Made by a program: the position numbers and the translations under genes. From the IMG/VR virus record IMGVR_UViG_3300047089_000307, positions 32,001-96,000 of that record: 64,000 bases of DNA; one strand, 5' to 3'. Each line of letters opens with the position of its first letter. Positions within the stretch are counted from its first letter, which is position 1. The notes under the pieces are model-generated. The model did not search any database, had not been told where the DNA came from, and worked only from the letters and a program-made list of their open reading frames with translations. The DNA comes from a virus. Positions 1 through 8,040 of the stretch are shown here, one piece after another.

Positions 1-21
1 CTGGCTGACGGTGGTCGGATC

Positions 22-747
22 ATGAGGGACCTGCTGGTCGCCGTGCCCAGCCGGGGACGCCCTGCGAGCATCGCCCGGCTTGCGCAGGCGATGAAGGACA
101 CCTGCACGGCGGACACCGTGCTGGCGGTCGGCCTGGACGACGACGACGAGGGCCAGTACCCGCGGCTGCCCGGCGTGGAGTACGAGGTGCGCTCCGGGCT
201 GCGCCGGGTCACCGCGTGGACCAATGAGCTGGCCGTCCCCCGGGCCGGGCAGTACCGGGCGGTCGGCTCCCTCGGCGATGACAACGTGCCGCGCACGCCC
301 GGCTGGGACACGGCCATCCTCAAGGCCCTGGAGAGCACGCCGTTCGCATTCGGCAACGACCTGTACCCGCGGGACCCCGGGTCGATGAGCTGCCACATCT
401 TCATGCGCAGTGAGGTGGTGCAGGCCCTCGGCTACGCGGGGGCGCCGACGATCTCGCACATGTACGTGGACGTGGGCTGGTTCGCCTGGGGCACTGCCTG
501 CGGGATCACGTACCTGGACGACGTGGTCATCGAGCACATGCACTACTCCGTGGGCAAGTCCGGCCCGGATGAGGTCTACGCCGCCTCCTACGCGCTGACG
601 AGCACGGACCTCCAGAACTGGCATGCCTACAGCCGCGGCGGCCAGCTGAACGCCGACATCGCGAAGCTGGGCGGGACGCCGTTCACCCCCGAGTCGCTGT
701 CCGAGTTCAACCGGAGCATCAACGTGCCGGACCAGTGGCCGGGATGA
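22..747 (+). CDS. glycosyltransferase, GT-A/GT2-like
   Basis: N-terminal LLVAVPSRGRP, GDDN DxD-like motif, HMYVD, VIEHMH. Confidence 0.75.
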   Translation: MRDLLVAVPSRGRPASIARLAQAMKDTCTADTVLAVGLDDDDEGQYPRLPGVEYEVRSGLRRVTAWTNELAVPRAGQYRAVGSLGDDNVPRTPGWDTAILKALESTPFAFGNDLYPRDPGSMSCHIFMRSEVVQALGYAGAPTISHMYVDVGWFAWGTACGITYLDDVVIEHMHYSVGKSGPDEVYAASYALTSTDLQNWHAYSRGGQLNADIAKLGGTPFTPESLSEFNRSINVPDQWPG

Positions 748-1373
748 CCCAGCCCCTGGTATCGGTGGTTACCCCCACGTGGCAGCGGCACGCGATGCTC
801 ATGGACCGCTGCGTCCCGGCCGTGCAGGCGCAGGACTATGACAGCGTTGAGCACGTCATCGTCAGCGACGGCCCGGACAGCACGCTGGCCATCGTGCTCG
901 GCATGCTGTGCGGCAAGAACGCCTGGGGCAACGTCGTCTACCGGGAACTGCCGGAGCATCCCGCCGGCGAGCACTGGGGCCATCATGCCCGGCTGGCCGG
1001 CCTGGAGGTGGCCCGCGGGCAGTACGTCACCTACTGCGATGACGATGACGCCCTCCGGCCCCGGCACTGCGCGCTGATGGCCGCGGCCCTGGACGCGGCC
1101 CCGGAGGCGGGCTTTGCCGTGAGCCGCATGACGTGCCACGGCGGCCCGCACGAGTCGGTGACCGGCTGGGGACCGCTGGCCTGCGGCAACGTGGGAACCC
1201 CGATGATCATGCACCGCCGGGAGATCCTGGCGCACGGGACCTGGGGGCCGGCGTCCTTCACCGAGGACTGGGACCTCGTGGAGCGCTGGCTGGACGCGGG
1301 AGTCAGCTACGTGAGCGTGGACGCGGAGACCAGCGATGCCTGGCCCTCCCTGTACAGGCAGGGGCAGCAATGA
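744..1373 (+). CDS. glycosyltransferase family 2
   Basis: PLVSVVTPTWQR, VIVSDG, YCDDDD, EDWDL; ATGA overlap with the upstream stop. Confidence 0.9.
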   Translation: MTQPLVSVVTPTWQRHAMLMDRCVPAVQAQDYDSVEHVIVSDGPDSTLAIVLGMLCGKNAWGNVVYRELPEHPAGEHWGHHARLAGLEVARGQYVTYCDDDDALRPRHCALMAAALDAAPEAGFAVSRMTCHGGPHESVTGWGPLACGNVGTPMIMHRREILAHGTWGPASFTEDWDLVERWLDAGVSYVSVDAETSDAWPSLYRQGQQ

Positions 1374-1699
1374 CGGACGGCCATGACCGGGAACGTCATG
1401 CTCCTGCGCCGCAGCAGCGGGTGAGGGACCTGGAGCGCCAGTACGACGTTGCCCGGGAGCACGAGGAGAGGTACCGCAACGCCCTGCTGTGGGTGCGCAC
1501 GGTTGCCGGCATGCACTACCTCGGCGGGGCCTTCGAGCCCGAGCACATGCGCGACCTGGCCAACCTCGCCGCTAACGCGCTGGACGGCACGGACCTGCCA
1601 GACTGCGAGGAAAGCTCGGCCAAGGCCCGGAAGAAGGCCAGCAAGTGGGCGGAGCGGTTCGGGCGGGAGCTGGCTGAACAGGAGCTGGCGGAAGACTGA
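1370..1699 (+). CDS. hypothetical phage protein
   Basis: ATGA-coupled ORF with GC-rich third codon positions. Confidence 0.6.
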   Translation: MTDGHDRERHAPAPQQRVRDLERQYDVAREHEERYRNALLWVRTVAGMHYLGGAFEPEHMRDLANLAANALDGTDLPDCEESSAKARKKASKWAERFGRELAEQELAED

Positions 1700-1700
1700 C

Positions 1701-2342
1701 ATGGGCATCATGAGCAAGAACGGCCTGGACGTGCGCAGTTACTACCATTGCTTCGCGGCCGGGGCCTGGGCCGACCCGGTACGGGATCACTTCGCCGCGA
1801 TGGGCCGCAGCGGCCTGGACGAGACGGCGATCACGGTTGGCCTCGTTGGACCGCCGCGGGACCGGGACAATGCCCGGCAGCGGATCGGCCTGCTGTGCCG
1901 CAACTGGTGCATTCCCGAGCCGGCGCAGTGGCGCGAGGCAGAGGAAGGATGGGAGCAGGTAACGCTCCAGGCCATCTACGACGACGTCCAGAAGATCCCC
2001 GGTGAGTACGCGGTCCTTTACGCGCACGCCAAGGGCGCCTACGGCGACACGGACACGAACCACGCCTGGCGCCGGTCGATGACCCGTCACGTCGTGCGCG
2101 GCTGGGAGGACTGCGTGACGCTCCTCGGCAGCCATGACATGGTCGGATGCCACTACGTCTCCAACGACCATTACCCGCAGGACCCGCCGTTCTTCGGAGG
2201 GAACTTCTGGTGGGCCCGGGCATCGTACCTGCGCCGGCTGCCCCCGCCGGAGAACGAGAACCGCTGGACCGCGGAGATCTGGGCGACGCAGGCGAACCCC
2301 CTGGTCCATGACTTGCGGCCAGGATGGCCTGACTACCAGTGA
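1701..2342 (+). CDS. glycosyltransferase-like phage protein
   Basis: YAHAKG...WRRSM...GGNFWWARASYLRRLP pattern recalled from phage glycan-related proteins; GT neighbourhood. Confidence 0.55.
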   Translation: MGIMSKNGLDVRSYYHCFAAGAWADPVRDHFAAMGRSGLDETAITVGLVGPPRDRDNARQRIGLLCRNWCIPEPAQWREAEEGWEQVTLQAIYDDVQKIPGEYAVLYAHAKGAYGDTDTNHAWRRSMTRHVVRGWEDCVTLLGSHDMVGCHYVSNDHYPQDPPFFGGNFWWARASYLRRLPPPENENRWTAEIWATQANPLVHDLRPGWPDYQ

Positions 2343-2343
2343 G

Positions 2344-3069
2344 GTGATCCCCGTCAAAGCTTTCATCATCTTCCGTGACCGGGTGACGTACGGTCGCCAG
2401 TGCCTTGCGGCGTTCCAGGCCGCGGGCCTTGAAACGACGATCGTTGACCACGGCAGTACCTGGCCGGGGGCAGTGGACTGGCTCAGGGAGCTGAAGAAGT
2501 CGGGCGTCCCGGTGGTTGACGAAGGCGGCGGCAACCCGCGGGACCTATGGCAGCGGGACTGGTTCCGCAGGGCGTGCGCCCGGGAGAAGTACGTCGTGAA
2601 TGACCCGGACGTCATACCGTCGCAGGAATGCCCGCCCGACTGGCCGCAGTACCTGTCGGAAGTCCTCGACAGGCACCCGAACTACCACAAGATCGGCCTC
2701 GGGCTGCGCATCGACCGCATCCCGGAGCACTACACGCAGCGCGATAACGTCATCGGCTGGGAAGCGCACTTCTGGGATCACGAGGTAGAGCACGGCGTGT
2801 ATCACGCGGACGTCGACACTACGCTGGCCGTGCACATCCCGATGATGGACATGGGCTGCCATTCCTTCAGCGCGATGCGCACGGGCTTCCCGTACGTTGC
2901 CGACCACGTGGCCTGGTACGAGGACTACCGGAACCTGAGCGAGGAGCTGGCGTACTACCACAGCCACGCGGAGGAGGGGATCTCCTGCTGGACGCCGCGG
3001 AAGGAAGCTCCGTGGGATGCCGGGGGAGCGATCCTGCCGGGGCGCGGCATGGCTACCGGGACTGACTGA
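2344..3069 (+). CDS. glycosyltransferase family 2-like
   Basis: FIIFRDR, IVDHGST, VVNDPDV (DxD), ADVDTTLA. Confidence 0.75.
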   Translation: MIPVKAFIIFRDRVTYGRQCLAAFQAAGLETTIVDHGSTWPGAVDWLRELKKSGVPVVDEGGGNPRDLWQRDWFRRACAREKYVVNDPDVIPSQECPPDWPQYLSEVLDRHPNYHKIGLGLRIDRIPEHYTQRDNVIGWEAHFWDHEVEHGVYHADVDTTLAVHIPMMDMGCHSFSAMRTGFPYVADHVAWYEDYRNLSEELAYYHSHAEEGISCWTPRKEAPWDAGGAILPGRGMATGTD

Positions 3070-3099
3070 GCTGCTGTCTCATGGAGTATCCTCACCGGC

Positions 3100-3210
3100 A
3101 TGAGTGACTGGGCTGGCAAGCCGAGCATGCGAAGCAAGGCCCGGCTGGTCATGGCCGCGGATGGCGCGAGCATCGAGGCGGCGATGGCCGCGCCCGGGGC
3201 GGGAAAGTGA
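3100..3210 (+). CDS. small hypothetical protein (36 aa), probably leaderless
   Basis: TATCCT-7 nt-ATG; stop overlaps the GTG start at 3207. Confidence 0.4.
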   Translation: MSDWAGKPSMRSKARLVMAADGASIEAAMAAPGAGK

Positions 3211-3419
3211 AGTCCCGCGTCACGCTGGAGCCGTCTGAGCTCAGTGAGGACGGACGGGTCATCGAAGCCTGGATCAGCGTCGAGCGCCTCGGTGACTGCG
3301 ACGATGACGCTACGGACCGGGACCTGTTCCTGTCCCCGGAGGAGATGCAGTTCCTGTACCAGGGGATGAGGCGCTACTACGAGGACGGCGTGTGGACGAC
3401 CGGGACGGTGGAGTGGTGA
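3207..3419 (+). CDS. hypothetical protein
   Basis: GTGA-coupled at both ends. Confidence 0.55.
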   Translation: MKSRVTLEPSELSEDGRVIEAWISVERLGDCDDDATDRDLFLSPEEMQFLYQGMRRYYEDGVWTTGTVEW

Positions 3420-3877
3420 GCGCCAAGTGGGACGAGCGGTACCTGAACCTGGCCACGCTGGTGTCGTACTGGAGCAAGGACCGCAGTACGAAGGTCGGCT
3501 GCGTGATCGTGGGCGAGGCCGGCCAGGTGCTCTCCACCGGGTACAACGGCTTCCCGCGCGGCATTGGCGACGATGTAGCGCAACGGCACGCTCGCCCGGC
3601 CAAGTACCTGTGGACCGAGCACGCTGAGCGGAATGCCGTCTATAACGCGGCCCGGACGGGCACGTCCCTGCTCGGGTCGTCGCTGTACCTGCCGTGGTTC
3701 CCCTGCGCGGACTGCGCCAGGGCCATCATCCAGTCGGGGATAGCCGTCCTCGTGGTTGTCGAGGTCAAGCGCGGCGACGCCCAGTGGGATGAGAGCATCG
3801 CGGTCAGCAAGGAGATGCTCGCGGAGGCCGGAGTCATTGTCCGCTGGCACGAGCCGGGGGTGAGCGCGAGCGCGTGA
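3416..3877 (+). CDS. dCMP (deoxycytidylate) deaminase
   Basis: SKDRSTKVGCVI, TGYNGFPRG, HAERNA, PCADC zinc motif. Confidence 0.92.
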   Translation: MSAKWDERYLNLATLVSYWSKDRSTKVGCVIVGEAGQVLSTGYNGFPRGIGDDVAQRHARPAKYLWTEHAERNAVYNAARTGTSLLGSSLYLPWFPCADCARAIIQSGIAVLVVVEVKRGDAQWDESIAVSKEMLAEAGVIVRWHEPGVSASA

Positions 3878-4041
3878 GCGAGATCTTCTTCCTGCTCGTG
3901 TGCCGGGAGTGCGGTAACCCGGGAAAGCCCTTGATCATGCCCTTCGGCTCGGCGGCCGACCGGGGGAAGTGGGCCTCGGAGCACACGAGGGCCACCGGGC
4001 ATGACCGCTGGTGGGTGCAGGACGAGGTGCGGGAATCATGA
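3874..4041 (+). CDS. small Zn-binding hypothetical protein
   Basis: MSEIFFLLVCRECG...EHTRATGH; GTGA-coupled. Confidence 0.5.
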   Translation: MSEIFFLLVCRECGNPGKPLIMPFGSAADRGKWASEHTRATGHDRWWVQDEVRES

Positions 4042-4430
4042 GCGGCTGCCAGCGGGAGGAGAGGCCAGTGCATGAGGTCAAGGTCACCGGCAACATCATG
4101 GCGGACGGCGTCGATATCTGGGTGACGATGAAGTTCGAGGGATCGCCGCGTCGTATCCTGCACTTCCGGGAGGGCCTTCCGGACTGGGACGAGGCGGACG
4201 GGACCGCGCAGCCCCCGACGATGACGCTGCCTGATGACGCGGGCCGGGCGCTGCTGGAGCAGCTGCTACGGCATTACGCCGGGTCGCAGGACCTGCACAC
4301 GGTCCGCGCTGACCTGGTGCACGAGCGCAAGCGCGTTGACAATCTCATCAGCGCGCTCACGCAGGCGCTGGCCGTGACCATTCAGCAGCGTATTACAGTG
4401 TCTTCTCGTGAGGATCTTCGCAGGCCATGA
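4038..4430 (+). CDS. hypothetical protein
   Basis: ATGA-coupled ORF; start uncertain. Confidence 0.5.
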   Translation: MSGCQREERPVHEVKVTGNIMADGVDIWVTMKFEGSPRRILHFREGLPDWDEADGTAQPPTMTLPDDAGRALLEQLLRHYAGSQDLHTVRADLVHERKRVDNLISALTQALAVTIQQRITVSSREDLRRP

Positions 4431-5481
4431 TGGTGGGTCAGGCTGCATGTACTACCGGATCAAGGTCCCCCTGGAGGAGCTGGCCCGGCACGGTCATGAG
4501 GTGACCTTCCGCTCCGGCGGGAATGAGGAGGGTAACCGGCCCATCACCCTGGCGGAGATGGCCGAGCATGACGTGGTGATCGGGCAGCGGTTCAATCACT
4601 ACGCGGGCATGGGCACCTGGCGCCGCGCCCGCGGGCCGTCCAGCCGGCTGGTCTACGAGATTGATGACGACGTCTTCTCCGTGACCCCGGTCAACTGGCA
4701 GGCGTACCACGTCTACAGCCAGCCGGAGGTCCGCGAGGCTGTCATGCACCAGGCCCAGGTATCGGACCTGGTGACCGTGACCACGGAGCACCTGGCCGCG
4801 GTGATGCGCGAGCACACCGGCAACGGCAACGTCCTGGCGCTGCCGAACTGCGTCCCCGGCTGGGTGCTGGACATGGAGCGCAGGCCCCGGCAGCGCCCGG
4901 CGATCGGCTGGGCGGGCGGCGCCAGCCACGGCAGCGACGTCGGGCTGCTCGTCAGCCCCGTGCGCCGGTTCCTGAAGCGGTTCCCCGGCTGGGACTTCCA
5001 GCTTGGCGGCACGGACTTCCGGGAGACCTTCGCCCGGGAGGGGTCGCCGCGCGGGAGGCTGCTGCACGCCCGGTGGGTGCCGGTCTGCGAGGACGCGCGG
5101 GGCTATTACGAGACCGCGGACTTCGACATCGGCCTGGCCCCGCTGGCGGGAACCCCGTTTGACCTGTCGAAGTCCTGCGTCAAGGTACTGGAGTACGCGG
5201 CCCGGGGCATTCCCTCGATCGCCAGTGACTGCGAGGTTTACCGGTCGTTCATCCGCCATGGCGAGAACGGCTTCCTGGTGAAGAGGGACCATGAGTGGCT
5301 GAAGTACGCATCCGAGCTGGCCAGCGACGGGGGCCTGCGGCTGGCGATGGGCCAGGCAGCGCGGGACACGGCGCGGGAGTGGACGATCGAGGCGAATTAC
5401 CACCTATGGGAGCAGGCGTACCGGAGCCTGTTTAAGGTCAAGTCTCTTAGCGTATTATGGCCTTCGTGCGCGAGCCAGTAG
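4408..5481 (+). CDS. glycosyltransferase, GT-B (GT4-like)
   Basis: YEIDDD, IGWAGGASH, DIGLAPL...KSCVKVLEYAARGIPSIAS, ENGFLV. Confidence 0.9.
   Translation: MRIFAGHDGGSGCMYYRIKVPLEELARHGHEVTFRSGGNEEGNRPITLAEMAEHDVVIGQRFNHYAGMGTWRRARGPSSRLVYEIDDDVFSVTPVNWQAYHVYSQPEVREAVMHQAQVSDLVTVTTEHLAAVMREHTGNGNVLALPNCVPGWVLDMERRPRQRPAIGWAGGASHGSDVGLLVSPVRRFLKRFPGWDFQLGGTDFRETFAREGSPRGRLLHARWVPVCEDARGYYETADFDIGLAPLAGTPFDLSKSCVKVLEYAARGIPSIASDCEVYRSFIRHGENGFLVKRDHEWLKYASELASDGGLRLAMGQAARDTAREWTIEANYHLWEQAYRSLFKVKSLSVLWPSCASQ
5441..5455 (-). promoter_or_regulatory. phage promoter/operator motif (ATACGCTAAGAGACT on - strand)
   Basis: 14/15 identical to 53515-53529; contains the TACGCT -10-like hexamer. Confidence 0.45.
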
Positions 5482-7241
5482 CCAGGCAGTACCGTTACCG
5501 GGCCTATCCCGATGAGGAGCAGGCTGACCTCCTGGACTTCTACGCAGCGGGCGCCCGCGCGTTCTGGAATAAGAACGTCGCGTGGCTGCGCGCCATGGAG
5601 GGAAGTGAGGGGCATGACGACCTTGGCGCTGGCCGCCAGCTGAGCGAGGCTTACGCTTACCTCGCCAGCGTGCCCGGCATCGCTGAGGCCCTGAAGAGCA
5701 GGAAGCATCCGGAGCATGAGCGCTGGACGGCCTTCCTGCGAAAGGCAGAAAGGCCGCGCCAGCCCGGCTGGCATGCGTGGACGCGGCATTACGGGGGTGC
5801 CAGGCTCCGCGGGCAGCTGAGCGGGAACTTCTCTGCCGCCGTGCACGCTGCGCGGGAGAGCGGGATGACGTTCTGGCACGGGGGCGAGCAGCACCCGGTC
5901 TCGGCGGTCCCGTCGAAGGTCCTGCACGGGGCGTGCGGGAGCAAGGGCCAGCTCAAGGCCGCCGTGGACGCTGTCATGAAGAAGCGCGCCGCTGGCAAGC
6001 GCGCAGAGCTGCCCCGCTGGCGTGCCCGGCATGAGAGCCAGAACCTGCGCTGGCAAGTCCAGGATGGTCCCCGGAACGCGACCCGGGAGTCCCTGGTGAC
6101 GGTAACGGGCACGCGGCACGCCACCGTGCCGCTGGTAACGACGCGCGGGCACGAGGGTAATAAGAGCCTGCGCATCCGCTATCATCGCGAGCTCCCCGCG
6201 GACGCCTCAGTGTCCTTCATGCAGGTGACCTGGAATCCGGGGACCGGCTGCTACTTCGTGACGCTCACGCTGACGACCGCGCAGTACGAGGTTCCGGCCA
6301 CGACGGGCATGGCCGGCATCGACCGGGGCATCGTAAAGGCTGCTGTCACTTCGGACGGGGAGTACTACGATTCTCCGGGACTGAACCAGGGGCGCCGTCG
6401 CCGCGAGCTCCTGCTCCAGCAGTCCCTTGACTGGAAGCGCCGCGTGCTGCCGTGCAAGGGCCGGTGCGCGCACGAGCCAGGGCAGTGCTGGCGCACGTCA
6501 CTACGGTATGCACGGGTCGTGACGGCCCGGCAGCGGCTCCTGGACGCCCAGGAGGACCTCATCGATGACGGGGCGCACAAATTCTCCCGGGCTATCGCCC
6601 GCCGGTACGCGGTCGTCGTGCTTGAGGACCTGGCGAACCTGATGACGGCGTCCACGGCGAAGGGCACGGTAGCCGCCCCCGGCGTGAGCGTGCGCGCCGC
6701 CGCCGGACGCAACCGGGAGGTACGCGCGGCTAACTGGGGGCGCATTGAGCAGTACCTGGGGTATAAGGCAGGGCAGCTCCTCGGCGTCCCGGCGCCGTAT
6801 ACGTCGCGGACATGCCCGCGATGCGGGTATGTTAGCGTCATGAACCGGCCCTCCCAGGCGGAGTTCCGGTGCGGGTCCTGCGGACTCAGCGGCAACGCTG
6901 ACGTGATCGCGGCCGGCAATATCGTTAATGCAGGGAAAACCGCCCGCGCGCTGCGGGATAACGGGCAGGGATCGTCCTCCGGGATTAACCGGGGGCCTGG
7001 CGCTAGCCGGGAGCCTGCCAACACTCACAACTTTACAGTGGCCCCGGGCGAGCGCTGCGGTAGTGCGCCCGATCCCGGTCAGCGCTCGCAGGCAGGTGAG
7101 CAGCCAGGAATCGTTACCGAGCTCGACGGAACGGTGATCCCGGAGACGTGGGGCATCCCCGGTGCTCGCATCCGCGGGGGAAACCGCAGGTCACGACGGG
7201 CGAAAAAGCCGAGCGGTGGCAACACTGCCGGAGCCGGGTGA
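5457..7241 (+). CDS. CRISPR-associated TnpB/Cas12-like RNA-guided RuvC endonuclease (compact type V effector candidate)
   Basis: IS605 OrfB-type N-terminus YRYRAYPDEEQ..GARAFWN; RuvC-I GIDRG (D289), RuvC-II VVLEDL (E390), Zn ribbon CPRC..CGSC (C453/456/472/475), RuvC-III NADVIAAGNI (D482); abuts the CRISPR array. Confidence 0.92.
   Translation: MAFVREPVARQYRYRAYPDEEQADLLDFYAAGARAFWNKNVAWLRAMEGSEGHDDLGAGRQLSEAYAYLASVPGIAEALKSRKHPEHERWTAFLRKAERPRQPGWHAWTRHYGGARLRGQLSGNFSAAVHAARESGMTFWHGGEQHPVSAVPSKVLHGACGSKGQLKAAVDAVMKKRAAGKRAELPRWRARHESQNLRWQVQDGPRNATRESLVTVTGTRHATVPLVTTRGHEGNKSLRIRYHRELPADASVSFMQVTWNPGTGCYFVTLTLTTAQYEVPATTGMAGIDRGIVKAAVTSDGEYYDSPGLNQGRRRRELLLQQSLDWKRRVLPCKGRCAHEPGQCWRTSLRYARVVTARQRLLDAQEDLIDDGAHKFSRAIARRYAVVVLEDLANLMTASTAKGTVAAPGVSVRAAAGRNREVRAANWGRIEQYLGYKAGQLLGVPAPYTSRTCPRCGYVSVMNRPSQAEFRCGSCGLSGNADVIAAGNIVNAGKTARALRDNGQGSSSGINRGPGASREPANTHNFTVAPGERCGSAPDPGQRSQAGEQPGIVTELDGTVIPETWGIPGARIRGGNRRSRRAKKPSGGNTAGAG
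6930..7215 (+). ncRNA. putative omega-RNA/tracrRNA-like structured region overlapping the 3' end of the nuclease ORF
   Basis: Perfect 10-bp stem 7048-7057/7080-7089, further hairpins at ~7110-7135 and 7174-7187, CACTCAC (7022-7028) complementary to repeat GTGAGTG. Confidence 0.5.
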
Positions 7242-8039
7242 GTGAGGCGACACGCTCTTGCCGTGCAGCTGGTCAATCTGGCCCTGGTGGCAACACTGCC
7301 GGAGCCGGGTGAGTGAGGCGACTGGGCACCGGGCGAGGCGTTCTGCCCGGCGTTGCCGGTGGCAACACTGCCGGAGCCGGGTGAGTGAGGCGACTGGGCA
7401 CCGGGCGAGGCGTTCTGCCCGGCGTTGCCGGTGGCAACACTGCCGGAGCCGGGTGAGTGAGGCGACAGGTGGTGGGACGGGCTGCCCGGGTTGGTCAGCA
7501 TGGTGGCAACACTGCCGGAGCCGGGTGAGTGAGGCGACCAGCCCGCGCCGTCGCTCCGGAGAACCTTGTATTCGGTGGCAACACTGCCGGAGCCGGGTGA
7601 GTGAGGCGACAAGCAGCAGACGCCGCCGGTGAGCGTGTCCTCGGGCCGTGGCAACACTGCCGGAGCCGGGTGAGTGAGGCGACTCGGTGCGCCTGCGGCT
7701 ACGGGTGGCCGGCTTGATCGGTGGCAACACTGCCGGAGCCGGGTGAGTGAGGCGACGGCTTCCAGGCGTCGGCGAGCCGGACCACCTCGCGCGTGGCAAC
7801 ACTGCCGGAGCCGGGTGAGTGAGGCGACCGCGACTGCTGCAATGCGCTAGACAAGGCAGGTGGCAACACTGCCGGAGCCGGGTGAGTGAGGCGACAGTGC
7901 AGCGCTGATGTCAGCCTGCGCCCGCGACTTGGTGGCAACACTGCCGGAGCCGGGTGAGTGAGGCGACATCAGGACCGGCCTTACCGGTCGACGCCTCCCG
8001 GCGGTGGCAACACTGCCGGAGCCGGGTGAGTGAGGCGAC
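7216..8039 (+). CRISPR. CRISPR array: 12 identical 36-bp repeats GTGGCAACACTGCCGGAGCCGGGTGAGTGAGGCGAC, 11 spacers of 31-37 bp (spacers 2 and 3 identical)
   Basis: Repeats start at 7216, 7287, 7359, 7431, 7503, 7575, 7648, 7721, 7793, 7860, 7932, 8004. Confidence 0.98.
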
Positions 8040-8040
8040 T

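Noticed and set aside
5457-7241. Ordinary IS200/IS605 or IS607 insertion sequence
   Set aside because: No tnpA or serine recombinase and no recognisable end hairpins; the 3' end is a CRISPR array.
5457-7241. Nuclease-dead effector (Cas12k/Cas12m/TldR-like) or CAST
   Set aside because: All three RuvC acidic residues are present, and no tnsB/tnsC/tniQ genes were seen.
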